DNA of 64,000 bases from Shimia sp. GTDB lineage: Bacteria; Pseudomonadota; Alphaproteobacteria; Rhodobacterales; Rhodobacteraceae. A program made the translations under genes and the position numbers. Position 1 is the first letter of the stretch. Every line of letters starts with the position of its first letter. This document shows, piece after piece, positions 43,710-53,110 of the stretch. Below the pieces are notes generated by a model. It was given only the letters and a program-made list of their open reading frames with translations, was not told the origin of the DNA and searched no databases. Location: the NCBI RefSeq assembly GCF_965227725.1, contig NZ_CBDDGH010000004.1, forward strand, positions 78,536-142,535, given 5' to 3'.

Positions 43710-43932
43710 GGTGCATATCCCCGTCTCGCTGGAGTTCCGCCCATCTGCCGCTGCAATTGTGGGATAGGTGCCTGTTCGCTGGTTGGCAAGCAACCCCCCA
43801 TCGACACGCCCTCGCTCCGCGCAGAACATGTTTCGTTGTTCTCTTGGGTGCATTGCAGACATAGACAACAAAGTGCCATCTAAAACTGCCAACCGCGCAG
43901 CCAAACCAGATAATCTGTATCAGAGGTCTAAA

Positions 43933-44007
43933 TGGTGCCCGGGGGCGGAATCGAACCACCGACACGAGGATTTTCAATCCACTGCTCTACCCCTGAGCTA
44001 CCCGGGC
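43933..44007 (-). tRNA. tRNA-Phe (anticodon GAA)
   Basis: The reverse complement GCCCGGGTAGCTCAGGGGTAGAGCAGTGGATTGAAAATCCTCGTGTCGGTGGTTCGATTCCGCCCCCGGGCACCA folds as a cloverleaf: 7-bp acceptor, GCTC/GAGC D-stem, TTCGATT T-loop, encoded CCA. The anticodon stem has one U28-U42 mismatch. Confidence 0.9.
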
Positions 44008-44086
44008 ACGGGAAGGCTGTTCGCCTTGGGTGGGGTGCTTCTATGTCAGCCGCGCGGGGCTGTCCAGAGGGAAATGACAAAAAAAT

Positions 44087-44269
44087 TCAATGCAATCGCG
44101 AAGACTGTTTTTCGATCTCTTCCAGCGCCTCAATCGCCTCCTCAGGATCCTGAGACGGCACCGCATAATCGCCTGAAAACCACTTGCTCAGGTCGATATC
44201 AGCGCAACGCTTAGAGCAGAACGGGCGGTAGTCCGCCACGGTTTCTTTCTTGCAGATCGGACAGCTCAT
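44087..44269 (-). CDS. yacG: DNA gyrase inhibitor YacG (zinc-finger protein)
   Basis: 60-aa ORF MSCPICKKETVADYRPFCSKRCADIDLSKWF with the CPxC...CSxRC zinc ribbon. It overlaps the upstream RNase E/G gene stop by 4 nt. Confidence 0.85.
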   Translation of the reverse strand: MSCPICKKETVADYRPFCSKRCADIDLSKWFSGDYAVPSQDPEEAIEALEEIEKQSSRLH

Positions 44270-45300
44270 TTCAGCACCTCCGACAGCGGCGCACGCGCGT
44301 TTTTACGCTGCAGCTCGTAGTGGCCAAGCGAGGTCCAACCCACCAGCGTGGTCTCGATCTGATCGCGCTTGAAGGCGGCGCGCAGCGCGCTTTCAAACCC
44401 GCGGCGGTCCTTCTTGGGCATCGGGGCCAGATCCAGCACAATCTGCCCGCCGAGGCCGCGCACACGCAGCGCCCGCGGCAGGGCTTTGGCAACGGCAAAA
44501 TTGGCTTTGGTGCCTGCGGCCGGAGAGGTGTCACGGCCGGTGTTCACGTCCACTGCCACCAGCGCGCGGGTCGGTTCCACATACATGTAGGCCCCGCCGC
44601 CCAGCGCCACCTCGGCGCCCTCCGCCATCTCCAGCGCATCAAGCACGCCGTGGCTGTCAAAACTGCCCGCTTCGGTCACCACCTCCGCAGGATCTGACCA
44701 ATCGCGCCAGGCGGAGACATGCGGGCCGTCGCCTTCGCTCAGCATCTCCGCCGCACCTTCCGCATCCGCCAGAACCGCTTCACAAAGATCCAGCATCGCG
44801 CGGATGTCTTCGGCAATGTCCTCTTCTGCCGCGCCCTCGCAAGCAGAGCGCAGAATCAGGCCAATGCGCGCCTCCTCGGGCAGGCCGCCGGCCTCCGCAT
44901 GGGCAATCGCCAGCAGCGCATCGCGCGCGTCATCATCGCGGATCGAGCGGCTCACATTCACGCCCGGCGCTCCCGGAGTGACAATCACATAGCGGCTTTT
45001 GAACAGGATTTTCTGTGTCACCGGAATGGCTTTGCCAGGCTCGGCAATGCCGGTGACCTGCACCAGCATCTGATCCCCCGGCGCAAGCCCCTTCACCTGC
45101 CGCAGGAAGGCCGCGCCATCGGGCGTCTTCAAAAACATCCCGCCCTGCCCCTTCACAGGCCGGTCGGCAACCGCGCGGTAGATCGTGCCCACCCGCGGCG
45201 CATCGCCCTCAATCAACAGGTCATCAAGCTGGCCATCCACCATAAGAGCAGCGGCCTCGCGCCCATTGATGTGGTCGAGAATGATCTGACGCCCCTTCAT
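44266..45300 (-). CDS. Ribonuclease E/G family protein
   Basis: 344-aa ORF with an S1-like N-terminus (VGTIYRAVADRPVKGQGGMFLKT) and an RNase E/G catalytic region (ALVAVDVNTG...GLGGQIVLD). It sits in the conserved maf-rng-yacG arrangement. Confidence 0.8.
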   Translation of the reverse strand: MKGRQIILDHINGREAAALMVDGQLDDLLIEGDAPRVGTIYRAVADRPVKGQGGMFLKTPDGAAFLRQVKGLAPGDQMLVQVTGIAEPGKAIPVTQKILFKSRYVIVTPGAPGVNVSRSIRDDDARDALLAIAHAEAGGLPEEARIGLILRSACEGAAEEDIAEDIRAMLDLCEAVLADAEGAAEMLSEGDGPHVSAWRDWSDPAEVVTEAGSFDSHGVLDALEMAEGAEVALGGGAYMYVEPTRALVAVDVNTGRDTSPAAGTKANFAVAKALPRALRVRGLGGQIVLDLAPMPKKDRRGFESALRAAFKRDQIETTLVGWTSLGHYELQRKNARAPLSEVLK

Positions 45301-45312
45301 CTGCGCATCCTT

Positions 45313-45888
45313 TTACGTGTTTTGGTAAAGCGGATATCCGGCGGCCTGCAAAAGCCCGGCTGTCTCCGCAACGGGCAGCCCCACAATGCCAGTGAATGAT
45401 CCGGAAATCCACGGAACGAAGGCCCCGGCTGGCCCCTGAATGGCGTAGCCCCCTGCCTTTCCATCCCAGTCGCCGGTAGCGAGATAGGCATTGAGCTCCG
45501 CGTTGGACAGCCGCTTCATCTTCACAGCACTCTCCACCTCGCGGGTCCAGAGCTGATCGCCTCTGCGCACCGCAACTGCCGTGATCACCCGGTGGCGACG
45601 CCCGGAAAGCGCCATAAGGAACTCTGCCGCCTCTCCGGCATCCGCAGGTTTGCCCATGATACGGCGCCCCAAAGCGACAGTGGTATCGGCGCACAGCACG
45701 ATATCCTCAGGCGCGGCCTGCACAGCCTCCGCCTTCTGCCGCGCAATACGCGCGCAATAGGGGCGGGGCAGCTCGTTTTTGAGGGGGGTCTCATCAATAT
45801 CGGGCGGGCGAATATCATCCGCCACAACCCCAATCTGTGCCAGCAATTCCCGGCGGCGCGGACTGCCCGAGCCCAAGATCAACTTCAT
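45313..45888 (-). CDS. maf: Maf-like nucleoside triphosphate pyrophosphatase
   Basis: 191-aa ORF with [20 protein letters not shown] and [10 protein letters not shown], the Maf hallmarks. Confidence 0.9.
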   Translation of the reverse strand: MKLILGSGSPRRRELLAQIGVVADDIRPPDIDETPLKNELPRPYCARIARQKAEAVQAAPEDIVLCADTTVALGRRIMGKPADAGEAAEFLMALSGRRHRVITAVAVRRGDQLWTREVESAVKMKRLSNAELNAYLATGDWDGKAGGYAIQGPAGAFVPWISGSFTGIVGLPVAETAGLLQAAGYPLYQNT

Positions 45889-45921
45889 CTCAGACCTCGT
45901 TTTGTCTGTCCGCGCAAAGGC

Positions 45922-46140
45922 TTACTTGAAGCGATAGTTGATCCGACCCTTGGTCAGATCATAAGGTGTCATCTCGACTTGGACTTTGTCGCCAGCCAGA
46001 ACACGGATGCGGTTCTTGCGCATCTTGCCTGCCGTATGTGCGATGATCTCATGGCCGTTTTCCAGCTCGACCCGAAACGTCGCATTGGGCAGGAGTTCCT
46101 TCACGACACCGGGAAATTCGAGCAGTTCTTCCTTGGCCAT
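45922..46140 (-). CDS. infA: Translation initiation factor IF-1
   Basis: 72-aa [75 protein letters not shown], near-canonical IF-1. Confidence 0.95.
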   Translation of the reverse strand: MAKEELLEFPGVVKELLPNATFRVELENGHEIIAHTAGKMRKNRIRVLAGDKVQVEMTPYDLTKGRINYRFK

Positions 46141-46255
46141 GGTTTCTCCTTCACATTACACCCGCCTGTTGCGGGCTGCCTCTAAATGATCCCAAATGTG
46201 CTGCTTTTCAAGGGCAAACTCCCGCCAATTGCGCAAAAGTGACCCTCTGAATGCC

Positions 46256-46741
46256 TTATGACGCTGTGGAAACCGACGCCCCCCAGCGCTTTTGCAGATA
46301 GGCCACGATCTCATCGCGCGCCATCCGGTAGGCTGCGAGCTTGGCCTCACGTGCATCGCCGGTGGTCGCACCGCTTGGGTCTGACACCGGCCAGAACTCC
46401 AGATCAAGATGATCAAAACGGGTGAGCTTTTCCGCCTCAGCCCGGCTCGCGGGCGTCAGGGCCACCACCATGTCAAAGCTTGAGAGGTCATCGCCAAGCT
46501 TTTCCATATCCGCAAAACTGCGGGTGCGGTGGCGGGCAAGCTCCACGCCGATCTCGTCACACACGGCAATCGCAAAGCCGTCGATGTCCAGATCGCTGCG
46601 AATCCCGGCGGATTGCACGTAAACGTCCATGCCGTAGAGCTTTTTCATGATGCCCTCCGCCATCGGAGAGCGCACCGCATTCTGATCACAGCAAAACAGA
46701 ACCGACTGTGGCAAAGGCTGTTTCTGGTCCGTCTTTGCCAC
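46256..46741 (-). CDS. Low-molecular-weight protein-tyrosine phosphatase / ArsC-like family protein
   Basis: 161-aa ORF with the N-terminal P-loop VLFCCDQNAVRSPMAEG (CX5R-S). Confidence 0.8.
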   Translation of the reverse strand: MAKTDQKQPLPQSVLFCCDQNAVRSPMAEGIMKKLYGMDVYVQSAGIRSDLDIDGFAIAVCDEIGVELARHRTRSFADMEKLGDDLSSFDMVVALTPASRAEAEKLTRFDHLDLEFWPVSDPSGATTGDAREAKLAAYRMARDEIVAYLQKRWGASVSTAS

Positions 46742-46746
46742 TTGCC

Positions 46747-47226
46747 TCAGCCTCCGAAATGCAGAACGCAGATCAGGGTGAAAAGCCGTCGCGCGGTGTC
46801 CGTGTCCACCTCGGCCTTCCCCTCAAGCCGCTCCTGCAGCACACGTGCGCCTTCGTTGTGAATGCCGCGCCGCGCCATATCAATGGTCTCGATCTGGCTC
46901 GGCGGCAGGGTCTTCACCGCGTCAAAATAGCTCTCACAGATCGCCCAGTAATCTTTCACAACCTGGCGAAACGGGCTCAGGCTCAGGTGAAACTCCGCCG
47001 CCTTGTCCCCGCCTTCGGTCGCCACATCAAACACCAGCCGCTTTTCGCGAATGGCGAGATCGACGGAGAACGGCCCATCAGGCACCGCCCGATCCCCCCG
47101 CTTGGGCAGCTCAAAGCTGTTGTCCTCCAGCAGGTCAAAAATCGCGACTTTGCGTTCCTGATCAATCTCCGGCGTGGGCGGCGGCAGGTTGCGGTCGTCA
47201 ATCTGAATGTGGCTGATCCGGGACAT
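46747..47226 (-). CDS. UPF0262 family protein
   Basis: Track ORF trimmed to ATG 47226 (MSRISHIQIDDRNLPPPTPEIDQERKVAIFDLLEDNSF...). It holds the conserved alphaproteobacterial position next to hisD. Confidence 0.8.
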   Translation of the reverse strand: MSRISHIQIDDRNLPPPTPEIDQERKVAIFDLLEDNSFELPKRGDRAVPDGPFSVDLAIREKRLVFDVATEGGDKAAEFHLSLSPFRQVVKDYWAICESYFDAVKTLPPSQIETIDMARRGIHNEGARVLQERLEGKAEVDTDTARRLFTLICVLHFGG

Positions 47227-47394
47227 GGCTGCCTCTTCTCGGTGTTGCGATGCAGCATGAGTAGCGCAGCCGCGCCCGCCTTGTCTATGCACCGTCTGCC
47301 TCAAGCCGATCTCACGTCACGGCGCGACACGCTTGACAGGGCCCTGCCCGCCACGCGATGCCGGGGCCACCCGCACGCGACAAAGGATCACCTG

Positions 47395-48165
47395 ATGCCC
47401 AACGCCCTGCCCTGCTTTGACCTCTCCGGCCAAAATGCCCTGATCACCGGCAGCACTGACGGGCTTGGCCTTGCCGCCGCCGAGCTTCTCGCTGAGGCCG
47501 GCGCACATGTGTGGATTAACGGCCGTAACGCCGCGCGCTGCGCAGAGGTCGCCGCCACGCTCAAATCGCGCGGATGGGCGGCCAGCCCCCTGCCCTTTGA
47601 CGTGTCAGATGAGGCCGCAACCGAGGCCGCCTTTGCCACGCTGCAAACCGCCGGAGGCCTGTCGATCCTCATCAACAATGTCGGCCTGCGTGACCGCCGC
47701 AGCCTGCCAGAGTTCACACAAGCCGATCTGCAACGCCTGTTTGGGGTGGATCTGATCGCCCCCTTCCGGCTGTGCCAGCGCGCAGCAGAGCAGATGCAGG
47801 CAAAGGGCTACGGCCGCATCGTCAACATTTCTTCGATTGCCGGTCTCATCGCGCAACCGGGCGACGCCGCCTATACCTCAGCAAAGGCGGGCCTCAATGG
47901 CATGACCAAAGCTTTGGCCGCCGAACTTGGCCCCTCCGGCATCAACGTCAACGCCGTGGCCCCCGGCTTCTTCAAAACCGCCCCCAACATGGAGGCGGCA
48001 AAAGATCCCGCACTTGCAGAAAAGCTCAACAACGCCACCGCGCTCAAACGCTGGGGAGAGCCCGCAGAACTCGCCCCCGCGCTACTGTTTCTGGCCTCTC
48101 CCGGCGCAAGCTATGTGACCGGACAGGTCTGGGCCGTGGACGGCGGCTACACCAGCCACTACTGA
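47395..48165 (+). CDS. SDR family oxidoreductase (gluconate 5-dehydrogenase-like)
   Basis: The 3' part of track ORF 46708..48165, started at ATG 47395 (MPNALPCFDLSGQNALITGSTDGLGLA). TGxxxGxG is present, along with NNVG and the YxxxK active site (YTSAKAGLNGMTK). Confidence 0.9.
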   Translation: MPNALPCFDLSGQNALITGSTDGLGLAAAELLAEAGAHVWINGRNAARCAEVAATLKSRGWAASPLPFDVSDEAATEAAFATLQTAGGLSILINNVGLRDRRSLPEFTQADLQRLFGVDLIAPFRLCQRAAEQMQAKGYGRIVNISSIAGLIAQPGDAAYTSAKAGLNGMTKALAAELGPSGINVNAVAPGFFKTAPNMEAAKDPALAEKLNNATALKRWGEPAELAPALLFLASPGASYVTGQVWAVDGGYTSHY

Positions 48166-48267
48166 AGCGTTCAGCCCCACCAAAACTGGGAGCTGAGGCT
48201 TCCTCTTGCCGTAAATATCCCGGGGTAGCCACATCCCTGATGTGGCAGGGGCAGCGCCCCTACACGT

Positions 48268-49572
48268 CTACTCTTCGTTCAGCGCATCCAGCCGCGCGCG
48301 CACGCTCAAACCATGCGCCTCAAGGCTCTCTGAAATCGCCAAGGTTTCCGCCGCCGGACCAATCGCCTTCAGAGCCGCGGGCGTCATCTTTGACAGGGTT
48401 GTGCGCTTGATGAAATCCATGACCGACAGACCGGAGCTAAACCGGGCAGAGCGCGCCGTGGGCAGCACGTGGTTGGGGCCACCCACATAATCGCCAATCG
48501 CCTCAGGGGTATATTGGCCAAGGAAAATGGCCCCCGCGTGGGTGATCTCTTCTGCCAGCGCATCCGGATCAGCTACACAAAGCTCAAGATGCTCCGGCGC
48601 AATCCGGTTGGAAAGCTGCGCCGCAGTCGCCAGATCGGGCACGGTCACAACCGCCCCGAAATCACGCCAGCTTGCCCCGGCAATCTCGCGCCGCTCCAGC
48701 GTTTCCAGACGTTTGTCCACCGCCGCAGCCACCGCCGCGCCAAAGGCCTCATCATCAGTGATCAGGATCGACTGCGCGCTTTCGTCATGCTCGGCTTGGC
48801 TCAGCAGATCCAGCGCGATCCAATCCGGGTTGTTGTCCTTATCGGCAATCACCAGAATCTCGCTCGGGCCAGCGATCATATCAATGCCCACCTTGCCAAA
48901 CACCCGGCGCTTGGCCGCCGCGACAAAGGCGTTGCCCGGCCCGGTGATCTTATCCACCGGCGCAATGGTGTCCGTGCCATAGGCCAGCGCCGCCACGGCC
49001 TGCGCCCCGCCGATGCGGTAGATCTCATCCACACCCGCCAGCTTGGCCGCGAGCAGCACCAGCGGATTGGCCACCCCGTCCGGTGTCGGCACCACAATCG
49101 CCAGCCGCTCCACCCCGGCCACCTTGGCAGGGATCGCATTCATCAAGACAGAAGACGGATAGCTCGCCAGCCCACCCGGCACATAAAGCCCCGCAGCCGA
49201 TACCGCTGTCCAGCGCCAGCCAAGCGTGGCCCCGCTTTCGTCGGTCCAGCTGGCATCTTCCGGCATCTGGCGCGCGTGATAGGCGCGCACCCGCTCTGCC
49301 GCCAGCTCAAGTGCCGCGCGATCAGCATCAGTCACCTGCGCACAGTACTCTTCGATCTCAGCTTCCGAGAAGCGCAGCGTCTCCGGCGTCAGCTCCAACC
49401 GGTCAAACTTCGCCGTCAGCTCGATCACCGCTGCGTCGCCCCGATGTCGCACATCTGCGATGATGTCGGCCACCACCGCATCCACATCCGGGCTGTCCTC
49501 GCGCTTGGCGCTCAGAAGCGCGGCAAAGCGGGTCTCAAAATCTGCATCAGAACTGTTCAGAAACTGCGGCAT
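48268..49572 (-). CDS. hisD: Histidinol dehydrogenase
   Basis: Track ORF trimmed to ATG 49572 (MPQFLNSSDADFE...), with AAGGAG upstream. HisD blocks: IDMIAGPSEILVIAD, SQAEHDE, GDYVGGPNHVLPT. Confidence 0.9.
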   Translation of the reverse strand: MPQFLNSSDADFETRFAALLSAKREDSPDVDAVVADIIADVRHRGDAAVIELTAKFDRLELTPETLRFSEAEIEEYCAQVTDADRAALELAAERVRAYHARQMPEDASWTDESGATLGWRWTAVSAAGLYVPGGLASYPSSVLMNAIPAKVAGVERLAIVVPTPDGVANPLVLLAAKLAGVDEIYRIGGAQAVAALAYGTDTIAPVDKITGPGNAFVAAAKRRVFGKVGIDMIAGPSEILVIADKDNNPDWIALDLLSQAEHDESAQSILITDDEAFGAAVAAAVDKRLETLERREIAGASWRDFGAVVTVPDLATAAQLSNRIAPEHLELCVADPDALAEEITHAGAIFLGQYTPEAIGDYVGGPNHVLPTARSARFSSGLSVMDFIKRTTLSKMTPAALKAIGPAAETLAISESLEAHGLSVRARLDALNEE

Positions 49573-49812
49573 GAGTGTCTCCTTTGTGCGGTGTCTTAAC
49601 GGGCAGGACAAAGGGTCTCAAGCGATCAGCGCAGATGCGGCGATCTGCGGCAGAAAACGTTGCGCAACGCACGCGGCCTTAACGGGCCTCATGACGTCAA
49701 AAGTCGGAAAATCGCACCTACGCAATAACGTCGCAATACCGACGCGATACCGACATCACGGTTTTGCGCCGCATTTTTGTGCCCAGCGCCGTTAACCTTT
49801 GGCGAAAAAATG

Positions 49813-50307
49813 TCAGGCCGCGTCGAGCCGCTTCAGCATCAGCACGTCATCGCGCGCCACGCCGTTCACAATCACAGAGCGTGGCCGCAGCCCGATTTGC
49901 TCAAACCCCAAAGCCGCATAGAGCGCCCTTGCGCCCGCGTTTGTGGCGTCCACACAGAGCTCAAGCTGCAACAAGGACTTGCCCCGCGCGGCATCTATCG
50001 CCGCCTGCATCAGCTGATGCCCAAGCCCCCGACGCCGCGCCGAGGGCTGCACATAAAGCGGGCCGATATCTGCCATATGCCGCAGCCGCTGCGGCCCACC
50101 CTGATGCATGCCGACAAAGCCCACAAGCGTCGTGCCCTCAAAGGCACCAATAACGGCGCCCGAGGCCAGCTTCGTAATCAAGCCGCTGTCCAGAGCGCCC
50201 AAGGCTTCCTCTGCTGTCAGCAGAAAGGCCGCAGGCTCAGAGGTAAGCCCCTGTATCCAAAGCGCTTTATAGACCTCCAGATCATCCGCCGTCAGGGTGC
50301 GGATCAT
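49813..50307 (-). CDS. GNAT family N-acetyltransferase
   Basis: 164-aa ORF with acetyl-CoA motif VQPSARRRGLGHQLMQAAI and NAGARALYAALGFEQ. Confidence 0.8.
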   Translation of the reverse strand: MIRTLTADDLEVYKALWIQGLTSEPAAFLLTAEEALGALDSGLITKLASGAVIGAFEGTTLVGFVGMHQGGPQRLRHMADIGPLYVQPSARRRGLGHQLMQAAIDAARGKSLLQLELCVDATNAGARALYAALGFEQIGLRPRSVIVNGVARDDVLMLKRLDAA

Positions 50308-50783
50308 TCCGGATGGCTCGGCGTGGTTTTGGACACCGCCATATAGGGCCGCGTCACATCCTTCAGCGTGGCCTCCAGCGCTTCCACCTTCAGACGGATC
50401 GCACCATCCCCTGCCAACGTCAGCGTGACGAACCCTTCCGCATCCTCACCGGCCTCAAAGCCAACAGACAGCAGCGACAGAATCGTATCCGCATCCCCGC
50501 GCGCCACACCCTGAGAGGCCACCGACAGCACGTTTTCAAACAACAGCACCGCCTGAACGCGCTCCACCGCGCGTCCCCGCGCCTCAGCGGAGGTCTGATC
50601 CTCCCAGCGGAAGCGGTTCAAAAGAATGGCAAATCTGCGCTCCTTGGGCAGCCACTGCATTTCAGTGGCCGGAAAAACCGCATCCTGCGCCAAGGTGGAA
50701 AGAACTTGGAGGTCCTCCCCATCAAGCGCCCCAAGGTTCAGCGGGCGATCGCCGCCATCTTCAAACCGCGCGTCCTGTGTCAC
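50304..50783 (-). CDS. DUF2948 family protein
   Basis: 159-aa ORF with LNLGALDGEDLQVLSTLAQDAVFPATEMQWLPKERRFAILLNRFRWED. It sits in the conserved position directly downstream of murA, with a 1-nt overlap. Confidence 0.7.
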   Translation of the reverse strand: MTQDARFEDGGDRPLNLGALDGEDLQVLSTLAQDAVFPATEMQWLPKERRFAILLNRFRWEDQTSAEARGRAVERVQAVLLFENVLSVASQGVARGDADTILSLLSVGFEAGEDAEGFVTLTLAGDGAIRLKVEALEATLKDVTRPYMAVSKTTPSHPE

Positions 50784-52048
50784 TACTCACTCACCCTCTC
50801 AATATGGGCCCCAACATTGCTGAGCTTTTCCTCAACCCGTTCATAGCCGCGATCCAAATGATAGACGCGGCTGACAACGGTTTCACCCTCTGCCGCCAGC
50901 CCCGCAAGAATCAGCGACACCGAGGCGCGCAAATCGGTCGCCATCACCGGCGCACCCTTGAGCGTTTCCACCCCATGCACCGTCGCGGTGCCGCCATGCA
51001 CCTCGATGTTTGCACCCATCCGCACCAGCTCCGGCGCGTGCATGAACCTGTTTTCAAAGATCTTTTCTTCCAGCACAGACGTGCCTTCGGCAGTACACAT
51101 CATCGCCATGAACTGCGCCTGCAGGTCGGTCGGGAAGCCCGGGAACGGCTCCGTGGTCACATCCACAGCCTTCACCCGTCCGTTTTTGCGCGCCACTTTC
51201 AGGCCCTTGTCGGTCTCTTCCACGTCGATTCCGGCTTCATGGAGTTTGGCCACAAAGCTCTCCACCAGATCCATACGGCCACCAAGCAGCTCCACCTCGC
51301 CGCCACAGAAGGCAGGCGCGAGCATAAAGGTGCCCAATTCGATTCGGTCGGTCACAACGGGGTGAGTCGCGCCATGCAGCCGATCCACGCCCTGCACGGT
51401 TATATCACTGGTGCCATCCCCTTCAATCTGAGCGCCCATCGCGCGCAGACAGGTGGCCAGATCCACAATCTCAGGCTCCCGCGCGGCGTTCTTGATCACC
51501 GTGGTGCCCTTGGCAAGTGTCGCAGCCATAAGGATATTTTCGGTTGCGCCCACGGAGGCGAAAGACAGCTCAATCACTGCGCCCTTGAGGCCATTCGGTG
51601 CCTTGGCGTGCAGATAGCCGTCCTTCAGCTCGATCTCAGCGCCCAGTTTTTCAAGGCCAAAGATGTGCAGATCCATCGGTCGCGCGCCAATCGCACAGCC
51701 GCCCGGCAGCGACACAACCGCATGTCCAAGCCGCGCCAGCATCGGCCCCAACACAAGGTTGGAGGCGCGCATTTTGCGCACGATGTCATAGTCTGCCACA
51801 TGGTTGTTGATGTCATGGCTCGACATCGCCAGCACCTTGCCATCCTGCAGGCTGGTCACTTCAGCACCCAAAGAGCCCAGCAATTGGCTCATGGTCTTGA
51901 TATCACTCAGCCGTGGCGCGTTGGTCAGCGTCAGCGGCTCTTCGCTCAAAAGCGTCGCAGGCATCAGGGTGAGACAGGCATTCTTGGCCCCGGCAATGGG
52001 AATTTGCCCTTTCAGCGGCCCGTTGCCGCGTACGATGATCGAATCCAT
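50783..52048 (-). CDS. murA: UDP-N-acetylglucosamine 1-carboxyvinyltransferase
   Basis: 421-aa [32 protein letters not shown]... with the active-site region [15 protein letters not shown]. Confidence 0.95.
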   Translation of the reverse strand: MDSIIVRGNGPLKGQIPIAGAKNACLTLMPATLLSEEPLTLTNAPRLSDIKTMSQLLGSLGAEVTSLQDGKVLAMSSHDINNHVADYDIVRKMRASNLVLGPMLARLGHAVVSLPGGCAIGARPMDLHIFGLEKLGAEIELKDGYLHAKAPNGLKGAVIELSFASVGATENILMAATLAKGTTVIKNAAREPEIVDLATCLRAMGAQIEGDGTSDITVQGVDRLHGATHPVVTDRIELGTFMLAPAFCGGEVELLGGRMDLVESFVAKLHEAGIDVEETDKGLKVARKNGRVKAVDVTTEPFPGFPTDLQAQFMAMMCTAEGTSVLEEKIFENRFMHAPELVRMGANIEVHGGTATVHGVETLKGAPVMATDLRASVSLILAGLAAEGETVVSRVYHLDRGYERVEEKLSNVGAHIERVSE

Positions 52049-52225
52049 TTAATCCTGCCTTTTGTTCTCAACTGCCTCAATCTCTTCGGACGCGTCCGCC
52101 GGTGTGGCGCGCGCACGCGCCTGCGCCTTACGGCGCCCCATGTTGGCTTTCAATGCAGCCTTCAGACGGTCTTCGCGATCTGAGGCTTTTTTGGCTTTAT
52201 TTACAGGGGTCGATTTGCGTTCCAT
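52049..52225 (-). CDS. Possible small basic protein (58 aa) immediately upstream of murA
   Basis: Below the track cut-off. Codon-by-codon translation gives MERKSTPVNKAKKASDREDRLKAALKANMGRRKAQARARATPADASEEIEAVENKRQD*. Its stop abuts the murA ATG. The RBS is weak and I recognise no family. Confidence 0.35.
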   Translation of the reverse strand: MERKSTPVNKAKKASDREDRLKAALKANMGRRKAQARARATPADASEEIEAVENKRQD

Positions 52226-52312
52226 GAAGTTTCTTTACATGAGGTGCAAAAAAGGGTCCAGATTGCCCTTGCACCCGTCAGATTTTGCGCCTAAAAGCCG
52301 CGCCACGGTAAC

Positions 52313-52387
52313 GCTGCTGTAGCTCAGTGGTAGAGCGCACCCTTGGTAAGGGTGAGGTCGGGAGTTCAATCCTCCCCAGCAGCACCA
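52313..52387 (+). tRNA. tRNA-Thr (anticodon GGT)
   Basis: GCTGCTGTAGCTCAGTGGTAGAGCGCACCCTTGGTAAGGGTGAGGTCGGGAGTTCAATCCTCCCCAGCAGCACCA forms a perfect cloverleaf: acceptor GCTGCTG/CAGCAGC, anticodon stem CACCC/GGGTG, loop TTGGTAA, T-arm GGGAG-TTCAATC-CTCCC, encoded CCA. Confidence 0.95.
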
Positions 52388-53110
52388 CCGTCATCCCCTT
52401 AAACGAACATCACTTTTTATCGTGCAAAAGTGCCCGAGCCTATTTCTCGCCAGGGCAATAAAACATGCACGCTAAAAAGCGCTCCGATGCGGTCTGCATA
52501 CGCGACACCACTCCACTGAGGGAATCAGCGCAATCAGCAACAGCGATTCGCCTCCTGCTGCGCGCAACTCCGAACCAATCCCCCAGCGACTCGTTCTTTG
52601 CGCGGATTTCAGAAACAATCACTTCTCGTCGCAGACGGACGCAATTCAGCCCGTGACATCCGCGATCCGCGCGCCCGATTGGTTCCCTTTTAGAAACACC
52701 CACCACGCCAGTTTTTCTCACAGTTTTTAGCCCAACTTGAAAAACGGCCGAAATGTGGCGCAAATATGGGCTCTGACCAGGCACGTCACGCCACAATTGC
52801 GCCCCAAGTGAGAAACAATCAGCCGTAACCCGTTGAAACACATCGCCCATTGGTCCGGCACAATCACGCCCCATTCACGTCGATTTTTCCAAAATTTTAT
52901 AAGTTTTTATTTCTCTAACGGCACATTTCGCGCATATTTGGCTCACATCCGACTGGGGGATGGGTTCGGCTAGGGGCAGCCACCAAAACTTGTAATACGC
53001 ATCCGTGTGATGCCGCTTGTGACCGCTTTGCTGCGGCACGGAGCCGATCTTTTGCGGCCTGTGCCCCATAGCCGGTTCAAGCCGGTACCGCGCGGAGAGG
53101 AAGAGGTACT

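Noticed and set aside
43933-44007. tRNA-Phe as the attachment site of the accessory island.
   Set aside because: The compositional island ends at about 39.7 kb. The 4 kb between it and the tRNA are core-like in GC. No integrase and no repeat of the tRNA 3' end was found in the window.
52440-52874. 144-aa minus-strand ORF in the gap between tRNA-Thr and the Hint-domain gene.
   Set aside because: It has no motif and no RBS, with an odd composition (Cys/Arg-rich). It lies in a lower-GC stretch that reads as non-coding. It is kept only as part of the leader-region finding.
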